61,116 nt of DNA, filler included, from Stramenopiles sp. TOSAG23-6 (GCA_900128565.1; 4 parts of 4 records of this genome joined end to end with filler, not necessarily neighbours in it), one strand, 5' to 3'. Counted from the whole stretch's first letter, positions 24,301 through 37,036 are shown. Notes: generated from the letters alone by a model not told the origin. Numbers and translations: made by a program.

Positions 24301-27300
24301 TTTTGTATCTGGTACATCAAGCAAAGGCGTGGGTGGCGCAATTGTATTCAATACAGGGAACGCAAGTAATGGTGCTGCCGGTTCTATTCTTATTGGTGTT
24401 GGTGTTGGTACACAAAATACTGGCTCCCGTATGAGTGTCGAGGCGGGTATAAGTACTGATGCCACTGGTGGATCAATTTCGTTTGCCACTGGGTTTGGAA
24501 GACAGTTTTCTAGTGGTGCATTTAGTATTAAAACTTCAAATGCAGGTAAAATCGGAGTATCAGGCTCACTTTTTCTACAGACAGGGGCTGGGTCAGATAG
24601 CAGTTCAGGGGTAATAACTTTGCGCACAGGAAATGCCAAAAACTATGGTGGTGGTGGTAGTATCAGTATGATTGTTGGTACAGCAGATGCAATGCCCGGA
24701 AATCCTAGCAGTGCAGGGGGGAGAATTGTTATGAGCGCGGGAGAGAGTACTCATAATGGAGCATCTGGTGGGGCATTTTCTATAATTTCTGGATATGGAC
24801 GTATAACGTCAAGTGGAGGGTTTAGTGTAAAGACATTAGATTCTGGTTATCAAGGAGTCTCTTCATCTTTATCAGTCAGCTCAGGGAAATCATCAAACGG
24901 CAGTAGTGGTGCTATTACTCTCCGGTCGGGCAATGCAACAAAAGGTACATCAGGGAATTTTAGCGTCATTGTTGGAAACGGTATTTTTTCTACAGGTGGT
25001 AGAATTTCTGTGAGTGCAGGAGAAAGTAAAAATACGACAGGTGGTGCAATTTCTTTTATGTCTGGTTATGGAAAAACAACTTCTAGTGGATCATTTAGTA
25101 TTCGTACTTTAAATTCTGGTACAAATGGGGTATCTGGTTCGATTTCCATAACATCTGGTGAAGCCGACAAAGGGACTTCTGGGATGATAACAATCCGCAC
25201 AGGTTCGGCAATAAATGGCACAGGTGGCAGTATTAGTATTCTCGTTGGATCTGGTGAAAAATCAACCGGTGGTCGTATAGTGGTTAATGCAGGAAAAAGC
25301 ACAGATGTCACCGGGGGGGCAATTTCATTTGTGACAGGGTATGGATTATCAACATCAAGTGGTTCATTTAGCATCAAGACTAACGAATCTTCACCGACTG
25401 GTATTAGTGGTGGCATTTCATTATCATCTGGGCTTTCAAAAGCTGGAAGTAGCGGAGAAATTACTCTGCGAAGTGGTTCCGCGCGCAATGGCACATCTGG
25501 GAGTATTAGTATTATTGCTGGAAGTGGGACAATTAGTTCTGATATAAACGAAGTTGGTGCACGGATTGTTCTCAGTGCAGGAGGAAATGAAGATAATACG
25601 GGTGGTGCAATATCGCTGATTACGGGCTTTGGGTCCACTCGATCCAGTGGTTCTTTTAGTATACACACGGCAAATTCTGCAAACTCAAATGGTGTGTCAG
25701 GAAATATTTCAATTTCTTCAGGATCTGCATTTAAAGGTTCCAGTGGAATGCTTTCATTGAGCACAGGAGATTCAGTTTTAGGTATGGCTGGAAGTATAAG
25801 CATCCTTGTTGGTGTTGGTAATGTATCATCGGGAGGGCGTATATCTATCGAATCTGGTCAAAATGTAATCCACACCGGGGGGGCAGTTTCTATGATGACT
25901 GGTTATGGAATGTTATCATCTTCTGGAGGTTTCAGTATCAGAACACCATCTGTTGATGCAAATACTGCTGTTACAGGGTTTTTAAGTTTGGTTAGTGGAA
26001 ACTCAACAGGAGGAAACAGTGGACACAATCACATACGAACTGGAAAGGCCATTAAAGGGGCTGCAGGAAGCATCAGTGTAGTAGTTGGGAATGGAAACAA
26101 AGATAGTGGTGGTCGGATAACAATACAAGCAGGGCAGAGTACCAGTTTTACTGGTGGTGCATTTTCTATAATTACTGGGTATGGCTCTTCTTCATCCAGT
26201 GGTACATTTTCCGTGATTTCATCAAGTTCTCAAGTAGATGGTGTAAGTGGGAGTTTATCATTTGTTACAGGGAAATCTAGTAAAGGAAGTAGCGGAATGA
26301 TCGTACTTCGGTCGGGTTCTGCATTTAGTGGAACTGGTGGGAGTATTAGTATAGTTGTCGGTGATGGAAATACTTCTTCCGGTGGTAGAATTGGCGTACT
26401 TTCTGGTGAAAGCAAAACATCTACTGGTGGTAGCATATCCATCATTGCAGGGTATGGTACAATTACTTCCAGCGGATCATTTAGCATCAGAACATCAAAT
26501 GGTGGAAATGTTGGCGGTATATCGGGGAAAATGTGGCTTTCATCTGGAACCACATCAAACGGAAGTTCAGGTCAAATTTCTCTTCGCACTGGTTCGGCGA
26601 CTTTAGGCGGAGGAGGAAGTGTAAGTCTTACNATAGGCAGTGGTAAACTATCTAGTGGTGGTCGGCTTGTCTTTACATCCGGTGAAAGTTTCAATAAAAC
26701 AGGAGGCAGCATATCAATGGCTTCTGCTTACACGCCANCCACATCGAGTGGAGCTTTTAGTATTCGGACAACCAATTCCGAAAAAGTGTCAAGTTCCCTT
26801 TCACTAACGTCGGGTAANACAGAAAATGGCAGTAGTGGAATGATCGTACTTCGGTCGGGTTCTGCAACTAAAGGAACTGGTGGGAGTATTAGTATAGTTG
26901 TTGGCTCCGGTAATACTGTAGAAGGTGGGCGTTTGTCAATAAATTCAGGTAATATCGAATTCAGCACCGGTGGATCAATATCAATGATATCTGGTTATGG
27001 TTTGTCTACATCAAGTGGGTCATTCAGCATTCACACACCTAATGCTGGAACTAGCGGTACCACCGGTAATATATCTATAACATCAGGTGTGACTGGAAAA
27101 GGAAGTACTGGGGCAATTACGCTTCTTTCTGGGTATGCAACATTCGGAACATCTGGTAATGTTAGCATTACCATTGGGTCGGGAAATGGTAATACTGGTG
27201 GCCGGTTGTCTATGGCCGCAGGTGCGAGTGACACCGCGACAGGTGGGGCAATTTCATTGACCACCGGGTATGGACAGGAAAGAAGCAGCGGGTCATTCAG

Positions 27301-30300
27301 TATACAGACAGGTAAAGCTGGAAATGCAGGTGTTTCCGGATCATTGGGTATTGTATCAGGGACTTCTTCTGAAGGTAGCACTGGTGCAATTATTATGCGC
27401 ACCGGATATGCGTCAAGCGGAACTTCTGGGAGTATAAGCATTGCTGTTGGTGGAGGTAATAACGGTGTTGCTGCTAGAGTCACACTGAACGCGGGCCACA
27501 TATTGGTTCAAACTGGTGGTGCTGTTTCTTTGGTAACTGGCACTGGTTTAGCTAAATCTAGTGGTTCGTTTAGCATTAACACAACAAATGGAAAAACTAC
27601 AGGATCAATTTCCCTGAATTCGGGAACTTCAAGTAATGGGGGTAGCGGTGCGCTTATTGTCCGAACAGGCTCTTCAAAGTTTGGTGTGGGAGGAAGTATA
27701 AGTGTTGTTACTGGTGCCGGTAAATTGTCGAGTGGTGGACAAATTGTTCTGAATTCTGGTGAAAGTATGCGTGAGACAGGTGGAGCAATATCTATGATAT
27801 CTGGTTTTGGCCGAACCACTTCTTCAGGGTTCTTTAGCATAAGGACAGCGCATGCTGGTACAGGAATCTCAGGCAAGATTGCTGTAAGTTCGGGTATGAC
27901 TACAGTTGGTAGTAGCGGCGCAATTGGATTGCGAACAGGAACATCTAGTTTAGGCGTTGCTGGTGGTGTAAGCTTAATTATTGGTAGTGGTAATTTAGGT
28001 GTTGGTGGGCGTGTCATGATGGGTGGTGGTCAGAGTACGACATCCTATGGAGGTGCTTTTTCAATGATAACAGGGTACGGAACAAATACATCAAGTGGCG
28101 CGTTTAGCATTAAAACATCAAATTCAGGGACACATGGTGTTTCAGGGTCAATTGAACTTACTTCAGGATTATCAAATAAGGGTCACAGTGGCAATACTAC
28201 ATTACGTACAGGTATTGCCACTAATGGGGCTTCAGGGAGTTTCAGTGTCATTTTAGGTAGTGGTAAAACTAATAGTGGTGGTCGCATTTCTTTGACGGGA
28301 GGGGAGAGTACAAATAATATGGGTGGATCAATATCAATGATCACCGGATTTGGATTACCAACCTCTAGTGGAGTTTTCAGCATTCGTTCAGCAAATTCAG
28401 GGCTTATTGGAAAATCGGGATCTTTATTATTTACATCGGGAACGACTTCGGAAGGTGATAGTGGCTCTATTGCATTACGAACAGGTAGTGCAATCGATGG
28501 TACTGCAGGTAGTGTCAGTGTAAATATTCGAAGTGGTGATAACGGAACAGGGGGGCGCATTACACTTAATAGTGGAGAAAGTTCCAAGCTGACTGGTGGA
28601 ACAATGTCAATTATGACTGGTTTTGGGTTAGCCTCGTCCAGTGGTAGTTTTAGCATTTCTACATCTAGTTCTGGTAGTATGTCGGGAGGTATTTCAGGAT
28701 CTATTTCATTAAGTTCTGGTACTACTTCTATTGGCAGCAGTGGTAGCATTAACCTTCGTACCAGTTCTGCCACAGCTGGTACCGGTGGTAATATTAGTGT
28801 CGTAGTTGGTAGTGGAAATGCATCAACTGGAGGTCGGATCGTCTTAAGTTCCGGTGAAAGCACCAACGTTACAGGGGGTACCATATCTTTGATAAGCGGT
28901 TACGGTAACGATACATCAAGTGGATCTTTCAGCATCAGAACGAGTGAAGCAAGTGAGAGTGGCGTCAGTGGGTCTCTTTCTTTCACTTCAGGTACAACAA
29001 GTAAAGGAAGCAGTGGAATGGTAATATTGCGCTCAGGCTCTGCGACAAGAGGCACTGGGGGTAGCATTAGTGTACTTGCAGGTAGCGGAAGTTTTGGGAA
29101 AGGCGGTCGTATTGCCTTCAATGCTGGAGAAAGCACTGATGTAACTGGTGGAGCAATTTCTTTAATATCCGGATATGGACAATCAAGTTCGAGTGGTGAT
29201 TTTAGCATTGTTACCACTCACAGTGGTAACTCTGGGGTATCAGGTGCGATTTTCTTACATTCAGGTAGAGCTTCGAAAGGAAGCAGCGGTAGTCTTCTTC
29301 TCCGCACTGGNTCGGGGGGGNATGGAACATCTGGTAGTCTAAGTATTGTAGTAGGCATTGGTAACACACTTGTAGGGGGGCGCGTTTCTATCAGTGGCGG
29401 AGAAAGTACAACAGTGACAGGAGGTGCATTTTCTCTAATATCGGGAAATGGTACTATGACCTCAAGTGGCAGTTTCTCTATTCATAGTGGTAATGCTGGA
29501 AGTAGTGGTGTCTCGGGATCTCTTCTAGCAATATCAGGAGTTTCAGAAAAGGGCCGCAGTGGGTCAATAACACTTCGATCAGGATCCGCCACATCTGGAA
29601 TAGGTGGATCTGTAAGCCTTAAAATTGGAAGTGGTGCAACAATTACAGGTGGTAGGATTACTCTGTCCGCCGGTGAAAGTACTGTCTTAACTGGGGGTTC
29701 TATATCATTGATAACTGGTTATGGTAATACAAAATCAAGCGGATCTTTTAGCATACTTACGAACAAAACCAATGCTACCGCAGGTGTCTCTGGAACTGTG
29801 ACAATTAATTCTGGGATATCTTCAAAAGGAGGAAGCAGTGGATACGTTGCATTGCGCACAGGATCTTCTACCAAAGGTACTTCAGGAAGTGTAAGTATTG
29901 TTCTTGGAAGTGGCGATTATACAGCAGGGGGGCGAATCATTGTTAATTCNGGTGAAAGTATTGATGTGACAGGTGGTACAGTCTCAATTGTGACAGGATA
30001 TGGCTCTAACTCATCAAGTGGGAGTTTCAGCGTTCGAACTAGTAATGCGGGGACCACAGGCACTAGTGGNCATATATCTTTTACTACTGGTACTACAAGA
30101 CTGGGTGGAAGCGGTAAAGTTTCGCTTCGAACAGGGTCAGCAACATTAGGTATCAGTGGAAGCATAAGTGTCATAGTTGGCAANGGGAATAAAGTTACCG
30201 GTGGAAGATTAAGTCTAAGCACTGGCGAAAGTACTAGTTCAACTGGTGGTAGCTTTTCAATAATTTCTGGTTATGGTCAATCCAAGTCTAGTGGTAGTTT

Positions 30301-30562
30301 CTCAATACGCACTTCTGACATTGATGGTAATGGTGTATCCGGGCCTTTATCATTTACAACAGGAACCTCAAAAAATGGTAGGAGTGGTTCCTTCATTTTA
30401 CGTACAAGAAGATCTATTTTGGGCACTGCTGGGAGCATCAGCGTTGTCGTTGGAAGTGGAAAATCATCCGCAGGTGGGCGAATTGTATTACATGCAGGGG
30501 AAAGTACAAATTCGAGAGGAGGGACAATGTCAATCATAAGTGGGTATGGCAAAATAACATCT
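15371..30562 (+). CDS. Giant Gly/Ser/Thr-rich repeat protein (>5000 aa), partial at both ends, intron-free
   Basis: Frame is open from contig start to end; about 15-aa repeats of the form G-x-hydrophobic-x-hydrophobic-x-[ST]-G. Confidence 0.9.
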
Positions 30563-30662
30563 NNNNNNNNNNNNNNNNNNNNNNNNNNNNNNNNNNNNNN
30601 NNNNNNTTAATTAATTAANNNNNNNNNNNNNNNNNNNNNNNNNNNNNNNNNNNNNNNNNNNN
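30563..30662. other. Artificial contig linker
   Basis: N44-TTAATTAATTAA-N44. Confidence 0.98.
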
Positions 30663-30748
30663 TTTCAAAAAAAAATCTAAAAAAATTGTTAGGTACAAAA
30701 TTTCGTACGAAAAAAAATTTTTAGAATTTGAAAAAAAATAAAACATAC

Positions 30749-31274
30749 ATGCAACTTCAGCTAATGGAAGCCCAAATAAAACACCAATTCCACTACATAA
30801 AGTTCTCCAATGTGTCAATGACGCTCGTTTTGTTTCAGAATAGGTAGTACATTCTGCTGATAACGCTGATTCAGTAAGTGTAAAGGCAGTAAAGAAACAA
30901 TCAAAAAAGAAAAGCGAAGAAAAGAAATGAATGGCTAATACACTTTGTGAAGATGAGTCAGAATTTCCCCATTGATACCACGGTAATACTACAAATACAA
31001 AGACAAGCCCGAAACCACTACTAATTATTGAATACACGCGAGTTTTAAGTTTTCAAGTGTACTTTCTTTCTTATTTGTACGTCGAGGTATATTCCAATCA
31101 TTGGATTGTTGACTGCATTAGTTACAAGGAAAAACACGTGAGCGCTACAGTGAAACCTAGTGGTTCAAGACCAAAGACTTCATTAAATATACGAGTTGAA
31201 TATGCACCAAATATACTTGAAAGAAGAGCCTGTGTGAAGGATACTATACCGAGAGCAACGTAAAGTGACTGCAT
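30749..31274 (-). pseudogene. MFS (MFS_2/MFSD13A-like) transporter N-terminal part with frameshifts (mirror 45245-45770 +)
   Basis: MQSLYVALGIVSF...FSL*, then NAVNNPMIGIYLD, then FFDCFFT...SALSAE...RASL, each separated by a frame change. Confidence 0.55.
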
Positions 31275-31316
31275 TGCTCATTTATAATGTAAAGTGACTG
31301 CATTGCTCATTTATAA
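31260..31316. repeat. Tandem 29-bp duplication over the MFS start codon
   Basis: GTAAAGTGACTGCATTGCTCATTTATAA twice. Confidence 0.9.
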
Positions 31317-31870
31317 AGTACCAACTTTATCTAAATTTTATCTGTCTCTCTCTCTCTGAGAATTTTTTTTTGTCAAAATAGCAAGAATGGTCTGTCGGTT
31401 ATTTTTGGGAATCGAATGTTAATCCAAGAAGTATATCTCACAAATACTCCGAGTCAAAATGGACGTTTTGTCGATTTTCAGATTATCTGTCAACAAGATA
31501 AAGAATGACAATGTAAAATAAAGAGATTCGATTTTTCCTTTTGGATCGATCATCGATCGATAGAATATATAATTCAATAATCATGAACATCATGAATCAT
31601 GATCATTGATCTTCGAAGAATCTGATGGAGATCTCGCGCGTTTTCAATCGATCTGAGCCGCTAGGGTTAGGGTTTGATCGATTTCAAAGATGCAAGTCAA
31701 CTCAGCACATTGGTTTTTTCGGTTTTGTGGTGGTCAAGGGAAAAAGTAAAAAAACATCANAAAATAGAACCTCTTTGGCAAAACATTCCGAGCTGACAGA
31801 CTTTCAATTGTAGATTTCAATAGTATAATATTTAGTGGCATTGTTTTGCTGTTCCATAGTGCATTTAAGT

Positions 31871-33898
31871 ATGAGTAAGAGAGGTAGGAGCTTCCAAAGA
31901 GAAGCAAAGAAGAGTTTTGACAATGAACATGCCAAGATATTCGACAAAGAACATCCCAAGAAGAAGTTCAAAGACAAAGAACATGTCCGTAAAATGAGAT
32001 CGTTTCCCACAAGTACAAGTAGTTCAAATAAGCGAAAGTCGCCAAAAGCTCAGATATCACAGTCGTCCTCTAATCAGTATCAAAGTTCACATTCGACAAA
32101 TACAAGGAGATCTAAACGTAAAAAAAATGCACACGGAAGTTCTAATACAGCACTCGATCTTTGTTCCTCTAGTGAAGATAGTAGTAGTAGCTGTGAATTC
32201 ACTGATGACGATGATGTTGAAATTACCGGAGAAAGTCTCAAAGGTGCACCATTATCAGCTGCGAGATATAAATGTAGTGCACTCTTATCACAGTCTGAGC
32301 TATTAAAGATTGTTCAACATGTGGACAATGTTGATCTTTGTTTTCAAGTACCAGTAAAATCAGCATACTTTATGTGCCTCCCTATAAATAGTATAAATAA
32401 CGAAAAAGAAAATAATACTGGCGTACTTAATGATGCACTTTGTAATTTATGTATAAAGAAAATTGAACCAGAAGAAGAAATCATCGAGGCCAATACGAAT
32501 GCTGATTACAATTATTCTCTCGAAATTTCGTTATCTGGTGTACGCATAATACCAGAGCCAACAAGTGATGGCCTTCAAGAATACAAAATTAAGTGGGTTG
32601 ATATGAAAGAAACTGGTTTTAGTGATAATGATCATATTGCTGTATTTCAAAGTGAAAAAACATTAGATGATAAATATAACACTTTAATATTGACATTTGA
32701 TAAATCAGATAAGAATTGCCATTTTGAAGAGATACAACTAAGTGTAATTGACTTTGTAAAATCTCGGGAATTGCTTTGTAGCAATGATTACGCGTTACTA
32801 CAAAAGTTGTATGAATATAAGATTATAACTGTTAGTGATACCAGTACATTGAAGAATTCGTACACAAATGATACAGAAAAAGAAACTCATGTTGAAAATG
32901 ACCAAACATCTCCTTTATATAGTATTGATACATCGAATACAAATATACTTTCCTCCAGGTCAACTCGTGCTAGTACACGATTAGCGCGCAGAAATATCTC
33001 TCACATTAGAGAAGAACCCAATAAAGTTTATACAGTATATGCACCTGAAAATTCTGTGAGAGATTCTATTACATTCACACACGGTGATATGGATCGCCTT
33101 GATCCCGGTGAATTTCTCAATGATAATGTCATTGATTTTTATCTTCGATATTGCTTACAAAAAAAGCAAAAAAAGAAAAAAAAAAAGTCAAAAGCAACTG
33201 TTTACATTTTTAGTTCTCACTTTTTCAAGAGACTTATTCAAGGTTGTTATGAAGACGTGAAGTCTTGGACTAAAAATATTGATATATTTTCATATGACTT
33301 TCTTTTTTTCCCGATCAATATGCGTTTACATTGGAGCCTTGCAGTGATTTGTAATCCAGGAAATATGATGGGTCGTTTCAAAAAAAAATCAACCGTTCAT
33401 AAACCTGTCTTTGGAATTGCATTATTTGATTCTCTCATGTGTCATAGTTTACAAAAGGTGAAAAAACAATTATTTAATTATATGACTTCTGAATTAAAAG
33501 CAAGAAAGAATCTCAAAACTAGTTTGTCGATCAAAGAAATATTTGCTGCGACTACAAAGTCGCCACAACAGGATAATTCTTGTGACTGTGGAGTATATGT
33601 ATGTAAAAATGTTGAAATACTTTTAACTGACTTAGATCGTCTTTCAGTTGCAACCTTACATATGTCAAAGATGAAGGCGAAAGGCGAGAGTAAATTAAAG
33701 ATAAAAAAACGCTTTGACAAAGTTCTAAAACCTAATGCATATGAACCTCAAGATGCTGCAAGGTTACGCCAAGACCTACGTAGGATAATAACACAAATAA
33801 AACATAAAAATGAAGTAATCAAGAAAGAAGAATCAAAGAAGAAGCTTGCTGAAAAGGAGAAACGTCGGAAGAAAAAGTACGCTGATTGTGCAAAATAA
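31871..33898 (+). CDS. Ulp2/SENP-like SUMO protease (peptidase C48), intron-free (mirror 42621-44648 -)
   Basis: FLNDNVIDFYL, FSSHFF, VKSWTKNIDIF, HWSL, FDSL, PQQDNSCDCG catalytic motifs. Confidence 0.93.
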   Translation: MSKRGRSFQREAKKSFDNEHAKIFDKEHPKKKFKDKEHVRKMRSFPTSTSSSNKRKSPKAQISQSSSNQYQSSHSTNTRRSKRKKNAHGSSNTALDLCSSSEDSSSSCEFTDDDDVEITGESLKGAPLSAARYKCSALLSQSELLKIVQHVDNVDLCFQVPVKSAYFMCLPINSINNEKENNTGVLNDALCNLCIKKIEPEEEIIEANTNADYNYSLEISLSGVRIIPEPTSDGLQEYKIKWVDMKETGFSDNDHIAVFQSEKTLDDKYNTLILTFDKSDKNCHFEEIQLSVIDFVKSRELLCSNDYALLQKLYEYKIITVSDTSTLKNSYTNDTEKETHVENDQTSPLYSIDTSNTNILSSRSTRASTRLARRNISHIREEPNKVYTVYAPENSVRDSITFTHGDMDRLDPGEFLNDNVIDFYLRYCLQKKQKKKKKKSKATVYIFSSHFFKRLIQGCYEDVKSWTKNIDIFSYDFLFFPINMRLHWSLAVICNPGNMMGRFKKKSTVHKPVFGIALFDSLMCHSLQKVKKQLFNYMTSELKARKNLKTSLSIKEIFAATTKSPQQDNSCDCGVYVCKNVEILLTDLDRLSVATLHMSKMKAKGESKLKIKKRFDKVLKPNAYEPQDAARLRQDLRRIITQIKHKNEVIKKEESKKKLAEKEKRRKKKYADCAK

Positions 33899-34279
33899 AA
33901 TATAGAATTGTCTTTTATGAAGTAGACACTGAGTGTGAAATACTCGCAGTTTGTGGAATTTTATGTAAAATGTAAAATATACTGGAACGCGTATATAAAT
34001 AAACTCATAGCTGAAGCTAATATTGTGTAAATTATTATTATTACTACTATTATTTTTTTGGTTATTTTTTTGGTACCCGATTGTAAGCGGGACAAAAAAA
34101 TAAAATAAGATGCACAACCCCGTCTCTAGGGGGCATTGAACCTCTGTCTATACTTTAATATCCTGGGTTAACGATATCCAGCTGCTCCTGGTGAGCTGCA
34201 TTAATCTTTGTTATACTTTGGTCATTGCGTTTGTTTATATAAGTCTTATTTTTGTTATAATTTGATCTTTTGGTGTTGG

Positions 34280-34646
34280 ACATATGAGCTTCCTGACGGA
34301 AACATTGTGACCATTGGAGCAAGTCAATTCAAGTGCCTAGAGCTTCTCTTCCAACCATCATTCATGGGTAAAGAAGCTGATGGAATCCATTCAACAGTCT
34401 ACCGAACTATCATGAAGTGTGATGTTGGAGGTCAGACGAAGATTAAGCTGATTTTAATTCAGCATCATAGTCCATAGCAACGTAGCAGTGTTTTTCCTTG
34501 ATGTCACGAACAATCTCACGTTCTGCAGTTGTGGTGAAAGAGTAACCTTCTTCAGCGAGGCACTTCATCATGAACTCNGTCAANTCACGACCAGCAAGAT
34601 CGAGACGCTTAATTGCATGAGGAAGAGCGTAACCTTCATAGATTGG
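34280..34646. pseudogene. Actin fragment split into two oppositely oriented pieces (34280-34426 +, 34425-34646 -)
   Basis: + TYELPDGN...IMKCDV; - [23 protein letters not shown]...[12 protein letters not shown]...SA*SS with an in-frame TAA. Confidence 0.88.
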
Positions 34647-34829
34647 TAAACATCAAACAAAACCAATGTAACCATGGTGGTTACAGGTAAGGCAGCCTTT
34701 GTGGCTACATGTACCCTTTGGTTTTGTTATCTGTTTTATTCCAGCAGTGTAAAAGAGTAGGTGGTTATGAGTGTGTTGTTGCGTTGCGTTGACCCACTGG
34801 TTGTGTTCTTTGTGAATGCATGACCCAGT

Positions 34830-34952
34830 TTCACTTCTGACGCAACCACCCTACTCGCCCCGCGCGACCAACAAGTGGTCGCGGTTGACGGGAGGTGTTT
34901 CCACCACTTGGCCTGCGTCGTTGCCCCACAAAGTGGTTGCATCAGAAATGAA
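34830..34952 (-). other. GC-rich nested stem-loop element (possible structured RNA or small TIR element)
   Basis: 20-nt outer inverted repeat (18/20 match), inner 8-bp hairpin 34863-34883, GGTG-GAAA-CACC on the minus strand. Confidence 0.45.
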
Positions 34953-35192
34953 TGGAAAAATATTTTATTGATGAAAAGAACTAACCATTGATTGGTCTTG
35001 ATTGGTTGAAGACATTTCATTTTTTGAGCATTTTTTGACATCGAAATAATAAAAAATCAAATAAATTATAATTTCGTGTAAATAAATCAACGACACGTGT
35101 CTAAAAATGTTCAAAAGAACGTTGGCCAACGAACGCCAACGAACGTTGGTCAACGTTGGCAAAAGTTTGTACCAATCTGCCATATAAACAAA

Positions 35193-37029
35193 ATGTTTGA
35201 ATGGAAGTGTGACTTCTGTCAGATACACACTTGGGATCAAAAACGAGCAGATGAGGTTGAAAAGAGGAAAGAAAAGGGCAAAGAGTCAAAAAGGAAATTC
35301 AAAACCTCTAGCATTGGCAATCACGCTGAAGGCTACATTACGTGTGCCCATTGTAAGCAAGGATCTTTCCATGTCTCGTGTACAAAAGCAATTGTAAAAA
35401 AGGCTGATGAAACAACGCCCCATGTACCTTGCCCAATGCGGGACGCTATCTTAAGTAATAAAACGGGTCCTATACCCATGGCTTCATGTTGCGTCCTTGC
35501 AAAATCTCTTGAAACTCAAAGAAAGAGCAAGAAAAATCGTTTCACAAACATATTAAAAAAGATGAGAAAGAAATTCGCAAACAAAGTTGACAAAGTCGTA
35601 CGTTTGATAAAGCGGAGAAAGTTGGAAGAACCGATTCAAAAACCGATTCCTCAATGGTATGGTGGTGCTATCGTGCTCCCAGAATACGGTCTCTGCAGCT
35701 TTGCAAATTTCGATTGCATTTCATTTTTTTGTTATGGTGCGCAACATTCTCCTTCAGAAGAAAAAATACATGTATGTTTTTTTTGTAGTAAAAGTTGTAC
35801 CTAACAAAAAAANATTTTTTNTGTACTNANCAAAACATAACAATAAAAATTGAAATACATTTCACAATATATGATGGCATTGTTCATGGTGTTGTCAATG
35901 CTGATACTGCTCGTCTTGCTTCTGAAAGTAATCTTTCAATCGAAGCATTCATCAACGACGCAAAATCCTTTATGTTTGAGAAACATCGGGTTGATTTTAC
36001 AATTCTTAAACGTGTTGAAAAACCCACAATGGTAGACAATGGGAAAAACCCGACACTACAACAACTTCGGGAATGCAAGTATGTTCCTAAAAGCGAAAAG
36101 ATTCAAATGATTCTTGGCGAGAATCAAAATAATGAATATACGCTTTTGGAATTACGAATTCCGGAAAAAACTTGTTTGGATTTAATCAAAGATTTGGATG
36201 AGAATAACGAGTTTGATGATGAAAGTTTTATTTTTTTTTTCAATTTCGAATATTTTTTTGTACGAAATTTTGTACCTAACAATTTATTTTGAAATATTTT
36301 TTTATTTTGAAATATTTTTTCAAAATACATGGTAGTACAATGTTTAGTAGGCTCCCTGAAGAAATATTCGCTGTGTTGAAAAAATCGTTAAGTAAAAAGG
36401 AAAAATACGCTGTAAGTTTCAAAAGAAGTGGTGGCGCCAATGGGGAATTTGACACAGTTTCACCAGCTGTTTTGAAAAATTTCCTTAATCTGCATGGTGC
36501 TCTGCCTCGTAAATCTTCAGCGGTTCTTTTTCGCGTTGACGGGCAAAAACTCTACACGAATTATATATCTCCCTATACGGGAACTGCGAAGTCTTATCCA
36601 TATGGAATGCCACGTGAAGGAGGTGCACTTCGCCCGACATCAGATCTCATTAAATTTGATCAAGGATTTGCAAAGTTTTGCATTTCCAAAGTAATATGTG
36701 CAAAGATAATGCTCGCTTTTGGAAACGTAAACTCTGTTGCAGCTCGTACAATGTTGATGGAACAACAAGACGCAGCTTTCAAGAATAATTCGTATCCATT
36801 GTCTACATTGGCAAAATCGTGTTATATGACTCTCGTCACTCATCCAGTTGGATTTCATGTGGACAGATTCAAAGAACAGTATAGTTCATTGGAAAAAGAA
36901 ATCAAATCTGATAGAATTGAGAACAAAATTCTTTTTGTAAATAAAAGTTATAAGGTTGACAGTTATGATGGTGTTGGTCGTGGAGGTCTCCCAGGCCTAC
37001 TTTACGTATTTGGATTATTTGATTGGTAG
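35193..37029 (+). CDS. Hypothetical protein with PHD-like Cys/His N-terminus; exons 35193-35771, 35873-36220, 36331-37029 (mirror 39490-41326 -)
   Basis: CDFC...CAHCKQGSFHVSC; three ORFs join in frame across two family introns; start codon uncertain. Confidence 0.6.
35772..35872 (+). mobile_element. Introner-like intron GT...AT
   Basis: ATA CAT|gtatg...ttcacaatatat|GAT GGC. Confidence 0.75.
36221..36330 (+). mobile_element. Introner-like intron GA...AT
   Basis: GAT GAT|gaaagtttt...caaaatacat|GGT AGT; full core present. Confidence 0.7.
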
Positions 37030-37036
37030 ACTAACC

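Noticed and set aside
16456-30552. Many Pro-rich antisense ORFs over the giant gene
   Set aside because: Shadow frames of Gly-rich codons
34443-34445. In-frame TAA in actin as stop-codon reassignment
   Set aside because: The fragment is rearranged, and intact genes use TAA, TAG and TGA as stops with long stop-free frames
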